A DNA stretch of 62,848 nt, counting the filler, from Bacteriovoracaceae bacterium (GTDB taxonomy: Bacteria; Bdellovibrionota; Bacteriovoracia; Bacteriovoracales; Bacteriovoracaceae), in NCBI GenBank assembly GCA_018649885.1. It is 3 parts of 3 records of this genome, joined end to end, with 100 filler letters (N's around TTAATTAATTAA, not from the genome) between each part and the next. Parts side by side here need not be neighbours in the genome. Positions count along the whole stretch, not along the records: positions 1 to 24,663 come from JABIHA010000014.1; positions 24,764 to 53,263 come from JABIHA010000144.1; 1 more part is not named here. One strand, given 5' to 3'. Positions 20,439 through 29,336 of the stretch are shown in pieces. Both the position numbers and the translations under genes were made by a program. The stretch's first letter is position 1. The number at the start of each line of letters is the position of its first letter. The notes beneath the pieces are model-generated. The model ran no database searches, was not told the DNA's origin, and saw only the letters and a list, made by a program, of their open reading frames with translations.

Positions 20439-21653
20439 ATGGCACAGGTATATAAAAATATTTCAGAACTCGTAACTCTTAGCAGTGTTCACAAAAAAGA
20501 TGGACGGAATTTACTCCCCGAAGATCTAGGCATCATAAAAGATGGTGCAATAGTTTTTGATGAAAAAATATTATGGGTTGGTACAAGCCCTAAGCTCCCC
20601 CCTGAATACAAAGATCTACCTACCAAGTCCCTTGCTGGACATGTTCTAATCCCCGAGATCGTAGATTGCCATACTCACATTCCCTTTGGAGGAAATCGAG
20701 CTAGCGAATATGCTATGAGATTAAACGGTGCAGACTATCAGCAAATAGCTGAGGCCGGCGGTGGAATACTACACACTGTTACCAAATCTAATTCATGTGA
20801 TGAAAAGGAACTACTCTCTATCTGTAGAAAAAGAATCGAAAAGATGGCCTCATATGGAGTTGGCAGCTTTGAGATTAAAAGTGGCTACGGGCTGGACTAT
20901 GAAAACGAGAAAAGGTTAACTCTGCTTATTGATAAATTGAAAAAAGAGTTTGCTCCCAAATATCAAATAAAAAATACCTACCTAGCTGCCCATGCAGTTC
21001 CTAAACAATTTAAAAATTCATCAACTTATTTGAATGAAATCGTGATCCCCCTTCTTGAGGAACTGGCACCACTAGAAATTATAGATGCTGTGGATATATT
21101 CCACGAGAAAGGATACTTCACCCGCGAGGATACCACTGCCCTTTTTAAGAAGGCACAAGAATTAAAAATAGACATTAAAAGCCATGCTGATGAATTTAAT
21201 GATAATGGGGGAGCACTTCTCGCAAGCCACCACAACGCTCTCAGTACTGATCACCTAATGTGTACAGGAATTGATGGCATACAAGCACTCTCGAAAAGTA
21301 GAACTGTGGCTACCCTATTACCAGGAACTAGCTTTTTTCTTGGAAAGAGCCAGGCAAATGCACGGGCCTTCCTAGATAAAGGATGCAAGGTTGCCATTGC
21401 AAGTGATTTCAACCCAGGTTCATGCCACTACGATAATGTCTTGCAAATCGCAGCGATGGTAGCGCCAACCTATCAAATGAATCTCTGTGAATTATGGGCG
21501 TCCATTACCCATAATGCATCCCACGCCATGGGACTTTTTAATCAGGGCGCATTGAAAAAAGGACTCAATTCACGTTTTTCAATTTTCAAGGTTGATGAGT
21601 TAAACCAAATCACATACGACTGGGGCGTCAATCACTTTACACAAGGTATTTGA
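20439..21653 (+). CDS. hutI: Imidazolonepropionase
   Basis: DCHTH, EIKSGYGL, AHAVP, HADE, SDFNPGS; start reassigned to ATG 20439, which has a GGAG RBS. Confidence 0.95.
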   Translation: MAQVYKNISELVTLSSVHKKDGRNLLPEDLGIIKDGAIVFDEKILWVGTSPKLPPEYKDLPTKSLAGHVLIPEIVDCHTHIPFGGNRASEYAMRLNGADYQQIAEAGGGILHTVTKSNSCDEKELLSICRKRIEKMASYGVGSFEIKSGYGLDYENEKRLTLLIDKLKKEFAPKYQIKNTYLAAHAVPKQFKNSSTYLNEIVIPLLEELAPLEIIDAVDIFHEKGYFTREDTTALFKKAQELKIDIKSHADEFNDNGGALLASHHNALSTDHLMCTGIDGIQALSKSRTVATLLPGTSFFLGKSQANARAFLDKGCKVAIASDFNPGSCHYDNVLQIAAMVAPTYQMNLCELWASITHNASHAMGLFNQGALKKGLNSRFSIFKVDELNQITYDWGVNHFTQGI

Positions 21654-21674
21654 ATATACTGGGATCAGTATATA

Positions 21675-22223
21675 TTATTTGATATCTTGAAGTTTTTTTA
21701 GGAAGCCTTTCTCAAGAAAATTAAACTCGCCTGCACTTTTTGCTAAAAATTTTCCATTGGCATAGATTATGGAATAAGGGAGTGAACTCACCATAAACTT
21801 TTCAGCAACAGTCCCCTCAGAATCGACTATGGAATCAAAAAGTAGCTTGTGCTTTTTTTGAGTTTTTAAAATTGTCTGCTTCGGATTCTCTGCATCACTA
21901 TTAATTCCCACAACTAGTAATTTCTTTTTACCCAGCTTATCGATTAAGCCATTAAGGGATTTAAATTCTTTAATACAAGGCAAACACCATGAGGCCCAAA
22001 AATTAACAATTACAATTGGCGCTTTTACTTTTGAAAGCTCTATTTTTTTCCCTGTGATTGTTTTGATTTTCAACTTTTGATAGACACCTTCAAAGTGCTG
22101 CCTTTCAATTCCCTCCCGGGTTGAAGGCTTCGCTCCAATATCGAAAGTATCAAAGATGACCTGAGCCACTAAAAAGCTGCTAAAGACAAAAATGGTAAAG
22201 AGAATAGGAAAGGTTTTCTTCAT
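21675..22223 (-). CDS. TlpA/ResA-family thioredoxin-like disulfide reductase
   Basis: NFWASWCLPC, cis-Pro LPY motif, N-terminal anchor; start set at MKKTF. Confidence 0.9.
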   Translation of the reverse strand: MKKTFPILFTIFVFSSFLVAQVIFDTFDIGAKPSTREGIERQHFEGVYQKLKIKTITGKKIELSKVKAPIVIVNFWASWCLPCIKEFKSLNGLIDKLGKKKLLVVGINSDAENPKQTILKTQKKHKLLFDSIVDSEGTVAEKFMVSSLPYSIIYANGKFLAKSAGEFNFLEKGFLKKLQDIK

Positions 22224-22309
22224 GTTGCAGACCTGTTCATAAGCTAAGAAAATAATAGTACAAAGAAGCTTCTTAGAATACCTGATAATATTTGCTGGAT
22301 TTTGTAACA

Positions 22310-22504
22310 ATGGGAAAAAAGGTGAAACTTAAAAAAATTTTAAATGACCAGGGTGGTCAAGTTTTTATCGAGTTCATGTTTCTGCTGATCGCCATCATCT
22401 CCCTATCGTTTATTTTGGTGAAAAGCTCCAACAACTTTCTCGCTGCGCGGTGGGAGGCTATAGTCGGCCTAGTCGTCGCCCCCAATACTGTTCAAGTAAG
22501 ATAA
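22310..22504 (+). CDS. Small Flp/TadE-like prepilin
   Basis: Basic leader followed by G|QVFIEF (Glu at +5) and a hydrophobic helix. Confidence 0.6.
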   Translation: MGKKVKLKKILNDQGGQVFIEFMFLLIAIISLSFILVKSSNNFLAARWEAIVGLVVAPNTVQVR

Positions 22505-22552
22505 CCTGTCATAAAATATTTCTTCCATCAAAACCTCATCTAGGAGCACTCC

Positions 22553-24046
22553 GTGAGTGATTATATTTTGGCCATTGATAATGGCACGACCGGAACTACA
22601 TCTGTTTTGATAAATGCAAAAACACTAGAATTAACCGATAAAATCAATCAAGAATATACCCAAATCTTTCCAAAACCCGGCTGGGTAGAACACAACCTGG
22701 ACGAAATTTGGAAAACCGTCGAATATACAGTCTCTGAAGTTCTCAAAAGAAATAACCTTACCGGCGCAAATATCGCATGTATTGGCATAACAAATCAAAG
22801 AGAGACAACTTGCGCCTTTAACAAAAACGGAGAGCCTCTTCACAATGCAATTGTCTGGCAGGACAGAAGAACCCAAAGTTATTGTGAGGAACTCAGATCA
22901 AAAGGACTATCTGAGAAAGTCACAAAGAAAACGGGCCTTCCCATCGATCCCTACTTCTCTGGCACTAAGATGCACTGGCTTTTAGAAAATAGTGAGCAAG
23001 TCAAAAAGGCAAACGAATCTGGAGAGCTTAAGCTCGGAACAATCGACACCTACATTCTCTACCGACTCACCTCTGGAAATTCCTTTGCAACCGAGCCAAG
23101 TAACGCCTCCAGAACTCTTTTAATGGATTTAAATACAACTGATTGGGACAGTGAGCTCACTGAACTTCTAGGTGTAAATAAAGATTGCCTAGCAGAAATA
23201 AAAGATTCTTTTGGCAGTTTTGGAACCACTAGCTCACTAAGCTTCCTCCCCGACGGTATCCCCATAACAGGAATACTTGGTGACCAACAAGCAGCACTAT
23301 TTGGGCAAGCAGGTTTTAATAAAGGCGACATGAAATGTACCTACGGAACAGGCTCCTTTTTACTTCTCAATACTGGAGAAGGCATCGACTACTCAGACAA
23401 TGGTTTACTAACAACCGTCGCCTACCGAAATAAGGGAAAAACTATTTATGCCCTTGAAGGAAGTGTCTATATTGCTGGAGCTGCCGTTCAATTTCTTCGA
23501 GACAACCTAAAGATAATTAGTTCGGCTGAAGAAATTGAAGAGCTTGCAGGCCAAGTTAAGGATACGAGTGAATTAGAAAATCTATTGTTTTTTCCATTTT
23601 TCACAGGCCTTGGATCGCCTTACTGGAAAAGTGATGCCAAGGGTGCCATCGCCGGCATTACCAGAGATACTCAAAACAAACATATTGCAAGGGCATGCCT
23701 AGAGGGAATTTGCCTTTCAATAAATGATGTCATGAAGGCATTTGCAGCCGACTTTGGAAACCCAATTAAAGAAATTAGGGTTGATGGTGGCGCCGTAGTC
23801 AACAACCTTCTGATGCAAATGCAATCGGATATCTCTGAATGCAAAATCATTAGACCCAAAGTCATCGAGACAACTGCATACGGAGCGGCCCTAGCAGCTG
23901 CGATCGGAGTAGAGCTAATTTCATTTGATAGTCTAAAAGATTTTTGGAAAGAAGATCGAAATTATCAGCCTCAAGCAGGGGAGCTTAAGTACCATAAAGA
24001 TAAACAAATTATATGGGATAGTATGATCAAAAAGCTATTTTTATAG
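22553..24046 (+). CDS. glpK: Glycerol kinase
   Basis: ID.GTT, GITNQRETT, WQDRRT, DPYFSGTK, GDQQAALFGQ, KCTYGTG; GTG start with GGAG RBS. Confidence 0.96.
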   Translation: MSDYILAIDNGTTGTTSVLINAKTLELTDKINQEYTQIFPKPGWVEHNLDEIWKTVEYTVSEVLKRNNLTGANIACIGITNQRETTCAFNKNGEPLHNAIVWQDRRTQSYCEELRSKGLSEKVTKKTGLPIDPYFSGTKMHWLLENSEQVKKANESGELKLGTIDTYILYRLTSGNSFATEPSNASRTLLMDLNTTDWDSELTELLGVNKDCLAEIKDSFGSFGTTSSLSFLPDGIPITGILGDQQAALFGQAGFNKGDMKCTYGTGSFLLLNTGEGIDYSDNGLLTTVAYRNKGKTIYALEGSVYIAGAAVQFLRDNLKIISSAEEIEELAGQVKDTSELENLLFFPFFTGLGSPYWKSDAKGAIAGITRDTQNKHIARACLEGICLSINDVMKAFAADFGNPIKEIRVDGGAVVNNLLMQMQSDISECKIIRPKVIETTAYGAALAAAIGVELISFDSLKDFWKEDRNYQPQAGELKYHKDKQIIWDSMIKKLFL

Positions 24047-24427
24047 AGTATTACCCAGCTTATTAAATCCAGCGGTAATGCAATTTTTAAATTGCTGCTC
24101 GACTACACTTGATCTGTTATTTGGATTTGGACAATTATCAGAGAGCATAATGAATCCCCCAGTGTCCCTAATTTTTCCTTCAATTGTTTTAAAATTATTT
24201 TTCACGCACTCTTTAAAATCTACAGATGAGGATTTGCCAATGCATTTTGTAAGATTTGCTCCCGAAAGCAAACTAGAAGCAAGGTCAAAATTTCTCTGAA
24301 CACATGCTCTATATTCTGAAGTTGGCGCTTTATCTACACCTGATTGAGTACAGCGACCGAAGCGAGCTCCGTAAGCTTGAAATGAGCTAGCGTATAAAGT
24401 AATCATAATGATAAGAGTCTTGGTCAT
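24041..24427 (-). CDS. Small secreted Cys-rich protein with three internal repeats
   Basis: Signal peptide; repeated C...(Y/F)xxC(V/I)xx(N/G)F units (EYRACVQRNF, DFKECVKNNF, QFKNCITAGF). Confidence 0.65.
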   Translation of the reverse strand: MTKTLIIMITLYASSFQAYGARFGRCTQSGVDKAPTSEYRACVQRNFDLASSLLSGANLTKCIGKSSSVDFKECVKNNFKTIEGKIRDTGGFIMLSDNCPNPNNRSSVVEQQFKNCITAGFNKLGNTL

Positions 24428-24663
24428 TTTACTTATGCCTTTATCTGTTATTCGTTCAAGCGCAATATAACTCAATGTAGTATTTATTTGAATAAAAATT
24501 ATAGGTTACTGAAATAAATACAAAACTGTCTAAATTTTATTCACCTTTTGCGTAACTGCCCAATATACTGTTTTTAAAGAGATCGTATAGTTTGGGCAAG
24601 AAAAGGAAGTTCTCCGCGGGTCGAAGTTCGGTCATCTAGGTATTTCCAAAAACTCACACCAAG

Positions 24664-24763
24664 NNNNNNNNNNNNNNNNNNNNNNNNNNNNNNNNNNNNN
24701 NNNNNNNTTAATTAATTAANNNNNNNNNNNNNNNNNNNNNNNNNNNNNNNNNNNNNNNNNNNN
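24664..24763. other. Artificial contig-joining linker
   Basis: N44-TTAATTAATTAA-N44; stops in all six frames. Confidence 0.97.
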
Positions 24764-24916
24764 AGATAAGCAATTCGCAATTACCGAGCCATATTTTTGC
24801 GCAACTCGATAGCTGAGAATCAACCAGATAAGCAATTCGCAATTCGCAATTACCGAGCCATATTTTTGCGCAACTCGATAGCTGAGAATCAACCAGATAA
24901 ACAATTCGCAATTACC
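24764..24916. repeat. Tandem repeat array truncated at contig end: 62-bp unit, 69-bp unit and a partial third unit
   Basis: Unit AGATAAGCAATTCGC(AATTCGC)AATTACCGAGCCATATTTTTGCGCAACTCGATAGCTGAGAATCAACC at 24764-24825 and 24826-24894; partial copy at 24895-24916. Confidence 0.92.
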
Positions 24917-24926
24917 TAGCTATTTT

Positions 24927-25796
24927 TTAGCTCTGATTTATAAAAATATCCATCTTATGCTGAGATAAGGCCACTATTGCTGCTCTTGAATTGCAATTTG
25001 AGCATAACTGGCGCACGTTCCCAATCGCCGATTCCCCCCCCATACTATAGGGGACGATGTGATCAAAGTGCAGATTATATTTTGAAGCACAATTTTCACA
25101 TTTATTACCTGATCTTGTTATCACAGCTTTTTTGATAGCTGCTGAGATGGTCCTAGAGTTTGTGATAGCTTTAGATTTTCTAGACCCAATACTCAAAATC
25201 TTTTTTCTCATGGACTCGGCGGTAGTATTAATGGCATGGCCGATTATATCTTCTGGTCTATAGACTCTACTATTAGATAGCTGCTCTTTAATAAACTGAT
25301 AATCTTTTGCAGTTTGTCCCACTAAGGTGAGATGAATACGAATGCTTCCATCTGAATGGGCGCGAGTTTTAGATCTTGTGACACGCTTCTTTCCAGTCAA
25401 CTCGTCAACTAAATCTCTTGTCTGGATTTGAGTTTTCCCCTTAATGCTATTAAGTATTTCATTTTTCTTTTTATTACTTTTAATATTTCCGACTAAGTTT
25501 GAAACTTCTGCTAGATTGGTAAGAGTCACTTGCTTATTGGCTAGAGCTTTATCTGCACTAGGGATATGCCTTAAAGTTTTTGCTGCTAAAACCCTTCGAC
25601 TAATTTCGCTATCACTTTTATTAAAGTTTTTACGAATATATTTAAATAGAGAACCAGTCTGACTATCACAAAAAAGCCTTCTTCTATTAACTTCATTAAT
25701 ATGTCTCAAAAATTGACGAGTACAATACTCCTCTTTTTCATTCCACATTTTAGTGTCTGCAATTAACCTTTCATCTGATAAATTTTGTAGTGACAA
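24927..25796 (-). CDS. HNH endonuclease with long helical N-terminal domain (DUF222-like, Bdellovibrionota type)
   Basis: C-terminal CENC..DHIVP...GG....N...LCSNCN; N-terminal LSDERL...HINEVNRRRLF...SLFKY; TTG start with AGGAGGT SD at 25801-25807. Confidence 0.88.
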   Translation of the reverse strand: MSLQNLSDERLIADTKMWNEKEEYCTRQFLRHINEVNRRRLFCDSQTGSLFKYIRKNFNKSDSEISRRVLAAKTLRHIPSADKALANKQVTLTNLAEVSNLVGNIKSNKKKNEILNSIKGKTQIQTRDLVDELTGKKRVTRSKTRAHSDGSIRIHLTLVGQTAKDYQFIKEQLSNSRVYRPEDIIGHAINTTAESMRKKILSIGSRKSKAITNSRTISAAIKKAVITRSGNKCENCASKYNLHFDHIVPYSMGGESAIGNVRQLCSNCNSRAAIVALSQHKMDIFINQS

Positions 25797-26309
25797 AACT
25801 ACCTCCTAATTGAAGTTAATCTATCATTTCAGTCACAATCATTAAATAAAAAGATTAAATTTTGTCTCTAATTAAAAGCCTATATCGCAATATCGAAAGA
25901 CATCTCGAGTGATCAAAAACAATAAACCTCTTTCATGAAACTTACAAAAAAATCAAAAAATCTAAAGCCCCAAAACCAATAAAACCACCTTTCCATAAAA
26001 GAGATTACTACCACCGTAAATAATTCAAGCAAGATCGCCTTATCAATAAATGACTCCAGCCTTTTAAACATCTCCGCCTTGATATAAGCCCCTATATCTA
26101 ACTTACTAAAGATCACAACACCTGTGGGGGCGTGCCAACTTAATTTCATAACCTATTTCTTAAATTCCAAATGATTTTATTAGATTTTCAAAGTACTATA
26201 TGGCAACTTTAATCAGTACATTCCTTTTTCAAAAACCTGCGCATCATCATATTTATAAATTTTCTTTAGCTTCCGATGAAGTGATAGATATAATTCACCT
26301 AGGAACACT

Positions 26310-26669
26310 ATGAAAAAGAGCTCTCAAAAACTTCCGCTGGTCTACTCTTGCTCAGGTTGCTCTTCATCAGCACAGATGGCCAACTACATCGCCCTAAAAC
26401 TTCATAAAGAACAGTGTGCTCAAATGTCTTGTATTGCCGGCATAGGTGGAAAAGTAAGGCCCTTAGTGGATTTGGCCAAATCAAACTCAGACATTGTCGC
26501 CTTAGATGGATGCCCTCTTCATTGTGTAAAAAAAACTCTCCAAACAATCGAGGTTACTCCCAAGCTGCACTTCACTTTGAGTGAGTTTGGAGTCAAGAAA
26601 TGTGAAGGGGAAGAGTTTGATCTAGTTCAGGCCCAAGAAATTTACAAAAAAATTATCAGTGAATTTTGA
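26310..26669 (+). CDS. DGC-domain putative zinc-binding protein
   Basis: YSCSGCS, SCIAGIG, LDGCPLHC. Confidence 0.85.
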   Translation: MKKSSQKLPLVYSCSGCSSSAQMANYIALKLHKEQCAQMSCIAGIGGKVRPLVDLAKSNSDIVALDGCPLHCVKKTLQTIEVTPKLHFTLSEFGVKKCEGEEFDLVQAQEIYKKIISEF

Positions 26670-26719
26670 GCATCCCGGCGATTCACTAAAGTTAGGAAAT
26701 TAAAATAGAAAAAATCTAA

Positions 26720-29125
26720 TTAATTTCCAGGTCCTTCGTATTGCCTTTGCCTTGCTCCACCTTCAAGAAGTTCGGCTCCCTCACTTTTCATGCTTCCAGT
26801 TTCCGCCGATGTAGGATTATGAGACCCAGACAATGCCTTTACATTCTCTCCCTCAATTATACTTCTCTTGCGACTATCCCAATATTCAGGTGAACAAAGT
26901 CCGTTTATATCATCATCATACCAGTCATGGGCGTCATCTCTTTCTTCAGTATATCCGAATAAGATATTTTCATAGTAGTTATAATTAAAAAGCTTCTCCT
27001 CACCGCTTCTCGGATCACACTTTTCTTTATCCCCAAAACATTTTCTCATTTTATTTCCAAAATCTCTTTGGCTTCTAGCAAGCTTTCTTTTAGTTTCTTC
27101 CACTGCTTCACTTTCTGCTAATAGGGATTCCTCAGTGTTTGCCTCAAGAGAGTGTTGCATAGATTCAACTTCAGCTTCAATTTGCCTTCCACAATAAGAA
27201 ACTGACTCTTTTACCGAAATTCGATCACTACTAGAAAAGGAGATTTGCTTTCTTCCAAGATAGGATTCAGAGTGCCGCTCTAAGGCCTTTCTTCCTTGTC
27301 TTTTGAAGTTAGTAAAAATTCTACTCCCCCTATACTTTCTCAATGTATCAATGCTTTCGACTTTATCAACAGGTGGCTTATCTGTAGACATCCCATTTTC
27401 GACAGGTGGAATCCCTGTAAATTGTCTTACTTCATTTAAACAAGGATCATGATTGGCCTGAAGTTTTTTGAGATTATCTTTAACATATCTCTTTTTAAAA
27501 CATCCTTCATAAATTGTCCCAAGGCGTGGATCAATGTCATCAAGTTTTGCTACGCAATCTTCTCTAATTCTTTTGACAATTTTTACCATTGCTCTTTTTG
27601 ATTCGTAATCTTGATATTCACGGTCTCCATCGTCTCTGGCATCGGAGTCAGCACTCCTTTTTTCACGATGAACCTGAGATGTATAGAAAAAGTAGTCATC
27701 ATCGATTTTTTTTGCAATCTCAACCATTTTTACTTCAAGACTCATCAACTCTGCAATTCTGGCCTCGGCCTTATGGCATGCCTTAAAGTAGGCATCCTCA
27801 AGCTTAGGAAGAAGCTCTTCAATGGCCATAATCTGAGGCTCGACCAAATCATGGCATCTAGGGAACATGAATTTTAAATTTTTCATCCTCTGGTTTAATG
27901 CGACAAGGTCCACCATTCTATCAAGGTTAACTTTTAAAAAGTCATTGATAAAATTTTCCATTTCTTCTTCAGCGAGTATCAGCTCGCTTCTCATTTCAGC
28001 AAATTTGTCGAGCATATCTTCATAATCTCGGGCCTTCATTCTACGATACTTACCAGAAACCACATTGTAGAGCTCACCAATACCTGAAATTATCAATTTT
28101 GGAATTCCATAAAATAACATACTAGCTGCCGCATCCCCTAGTGCTTGCCCAAATCCTTGAAGGGCAGACACACCAACAATTGCTCCAGCAGCATAAGCCC
28201 CGTACTTTATGGGATCAGATGTGATTGCAGAGATTGTATCGTTGAGCGTTTCCCCCGCTCCAGTAACCCACGCTTCAGCATCATCCCATGCATCAGAAAC
28301 GTTGTCCGACAACTCCTTCACATTGGTCATTGTATCTTCGGCATCTGTTAGGGCCTGATCGATCCCTTCTTCGTGGTCTTCGTAGGTTTCTCTAACCCCA
28401 CTCGTTACTGCCCTTGCATCTGCAGCTGCTCCAGCCCCATCAGCCGCTGCAGTAGCAAGAACATTTGCAGAAACCGCCATAGAAGCTGCAGTAGCCCCAA
28501 GGCTTCCTACACCACCGCCACCACCTGGAACTCCGCCACCTCCAGGAATTGGAAGTCCACCTTGGGCATGTGCCTGAGCAAAAGGATTAAAAAGGTTAAT
28601 AATAGTTCTTAAATCATTATTAACAGTTTTTTTAAGATTGGGATCGACACTGAGAGAGTACTGTAGAGCAATTGATTCTACGAAATTATACCTAATATAC
28701 CCGCCTCTTCTCATGGAAGAAAAAGATATATTTGCTCTATTTTTTGAAATAGGTGTAACCCAAAAAACAAAGAGCCGGTTAAGCTTATCTACCTCAAGTA
28801 CATATATATGAGATTTTTTATATTTTCTTTTTAAATTCCATTTCTTTTGACCAAACATCACAAGAAATAAGTCTGAAAACTCTTTAGCATCAAATGATTC
28901 TTTCCAGTGAGAAGTATCCATTTGAAATTGTGTGACATCAGCTATTGGATATTTTACCGGAGCATTCATGAACTTCACAAACCTTCTAGGTTTCAATGCT
29001 TTTGGAGATCCAAATTGATAGTTTTGTTCAAGAACCTCAACCCAGTTTTCAAAGGGGTTTGCTGCGATCCCGTCATTGTGTAAAAAGAATGTAACAAATA
29101 TTGTAAATAATAATAATTTATACAT
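26720..29125 (-). CDS. Large secreted hypothetical protein with Gly/Ala linker, hydrophobic hairpin and coiled-coil/Cys-containing C-half
   Basis: 801-aa ORF with signal peptide; GGGGVPGGGGG linker; YGAYAAGAIVGVSALQGFG..MLFYGIPKLIISGIG. Confidence 0.8.
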   Translation of the reverse strand: MYKLLLFTIFVTFFLHNDGIAANPFENWVEVLEQNYQFGSPKALKPRRFVKFMNAPVKYPIADVTQFQMDTSHWKESFDAKEFSDLFLVMFGQKKWNLKRKYKKSHIYVLEVDKLNRLFVFWVTPISKNRANISFSSMRRGGYIRYNFVESIALQYSLSVDPNLKKTVNNDLRTIINLFNPFAQAHAQGGLPIPGGGGVPGGGGGVGSLGATAASMAVSANVLATAAADGAGAAADARAVTSGVRETYEDHEEGIDQALTDAEDTMTNVKELSDNVSDAWDDAEAWVTGAGETLNDTISAITSDPIKYGAYAAGAIVGVSALQGFGQALGDAAASMLFYGIPKLIISGIGELYNVVSGKYRRMKARDYEDMLDKFAEMRSELILAEEEMENFINDFLKVNLDRMVDLVALNQRMKNLKFMFPRCHDLVEPQIMAIEELLPKLEDAYFKACHKAEARIAELMSLEVKMVEIAKKIDDDYFFYTSQVHREKRSADSDARDDGDREYQDYESKRAMVKIVKRIREDCVAKLDDIDPRLGTIYEGCFKKRYVKDNLKKLQANHDPCLNEVRQFTGIPPVENGMSTDKPPVDKVESIDTLRKYRGSRIFTNFKRQGRKALERHSESYLGRKQISFSSSDRISVKESVSYCGRQIEAEVESMQHSLEANTEESLLAESEAVEETKRKLARSQRDFGNKMRKCFGDKEKCDPRSGEEKLFNYNYYENILFGYTEERDDAHDWYDDDINGLCSPEYWDSRKRSIIEGENVKALSGSHNPTSAETGSMKSEGAELLEGGARQRQYEGPGN

Positions 29126-29152
29126 AATATTCCCAATCCTTTCTCTCCATAA

Positions 29153-29160
29153 TTATCGGA
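29153..29160 (-). promoter_or_regulatory. Putative sigma28 -10 element of the 801-aa gene
   Basis: TCCGATAA on the minus strand just upstream of the RBS; -35 element weak. Confidence 0.4.
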
Positions 29161-29336
29161 TATTTAAATGTAAAAATGAGAAGTAAGTAAATCTAATTTA
29201 AAGAAATCCTAGTTATTAGTATTTTAGATACATCTTTCTTCTACCAAGAGTTTTTGAGGGCAGGCACAGATTTTTGGCAGGGGGGATTGCTTTTAGTATT
29301 TTTAACTTGAAATTGTTTCAAAGAAGATTTTAAAAC

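Noticed and set aside
24664..24911. ORFs 24708..24911 and 24716..24904, and the TTAATTAATTAA palindrome
   Set aside because: The ORFs are translations of the repeat running into the N-linker; the palindrome is an artificial all-frame stop spacer (also at 53308-53319).
24764..24916. CRISPR array
   Set aside because: The two intervening 40-nt blocks are identical, the repeat length varies by a 7-mer and there are no cas genes; this is a tandem repeat.
25913..26149. 78-aa ORF upstream of the HNH gene
   Set aside because: No recognisable motif; probably a by-product of strand-skewed composition.
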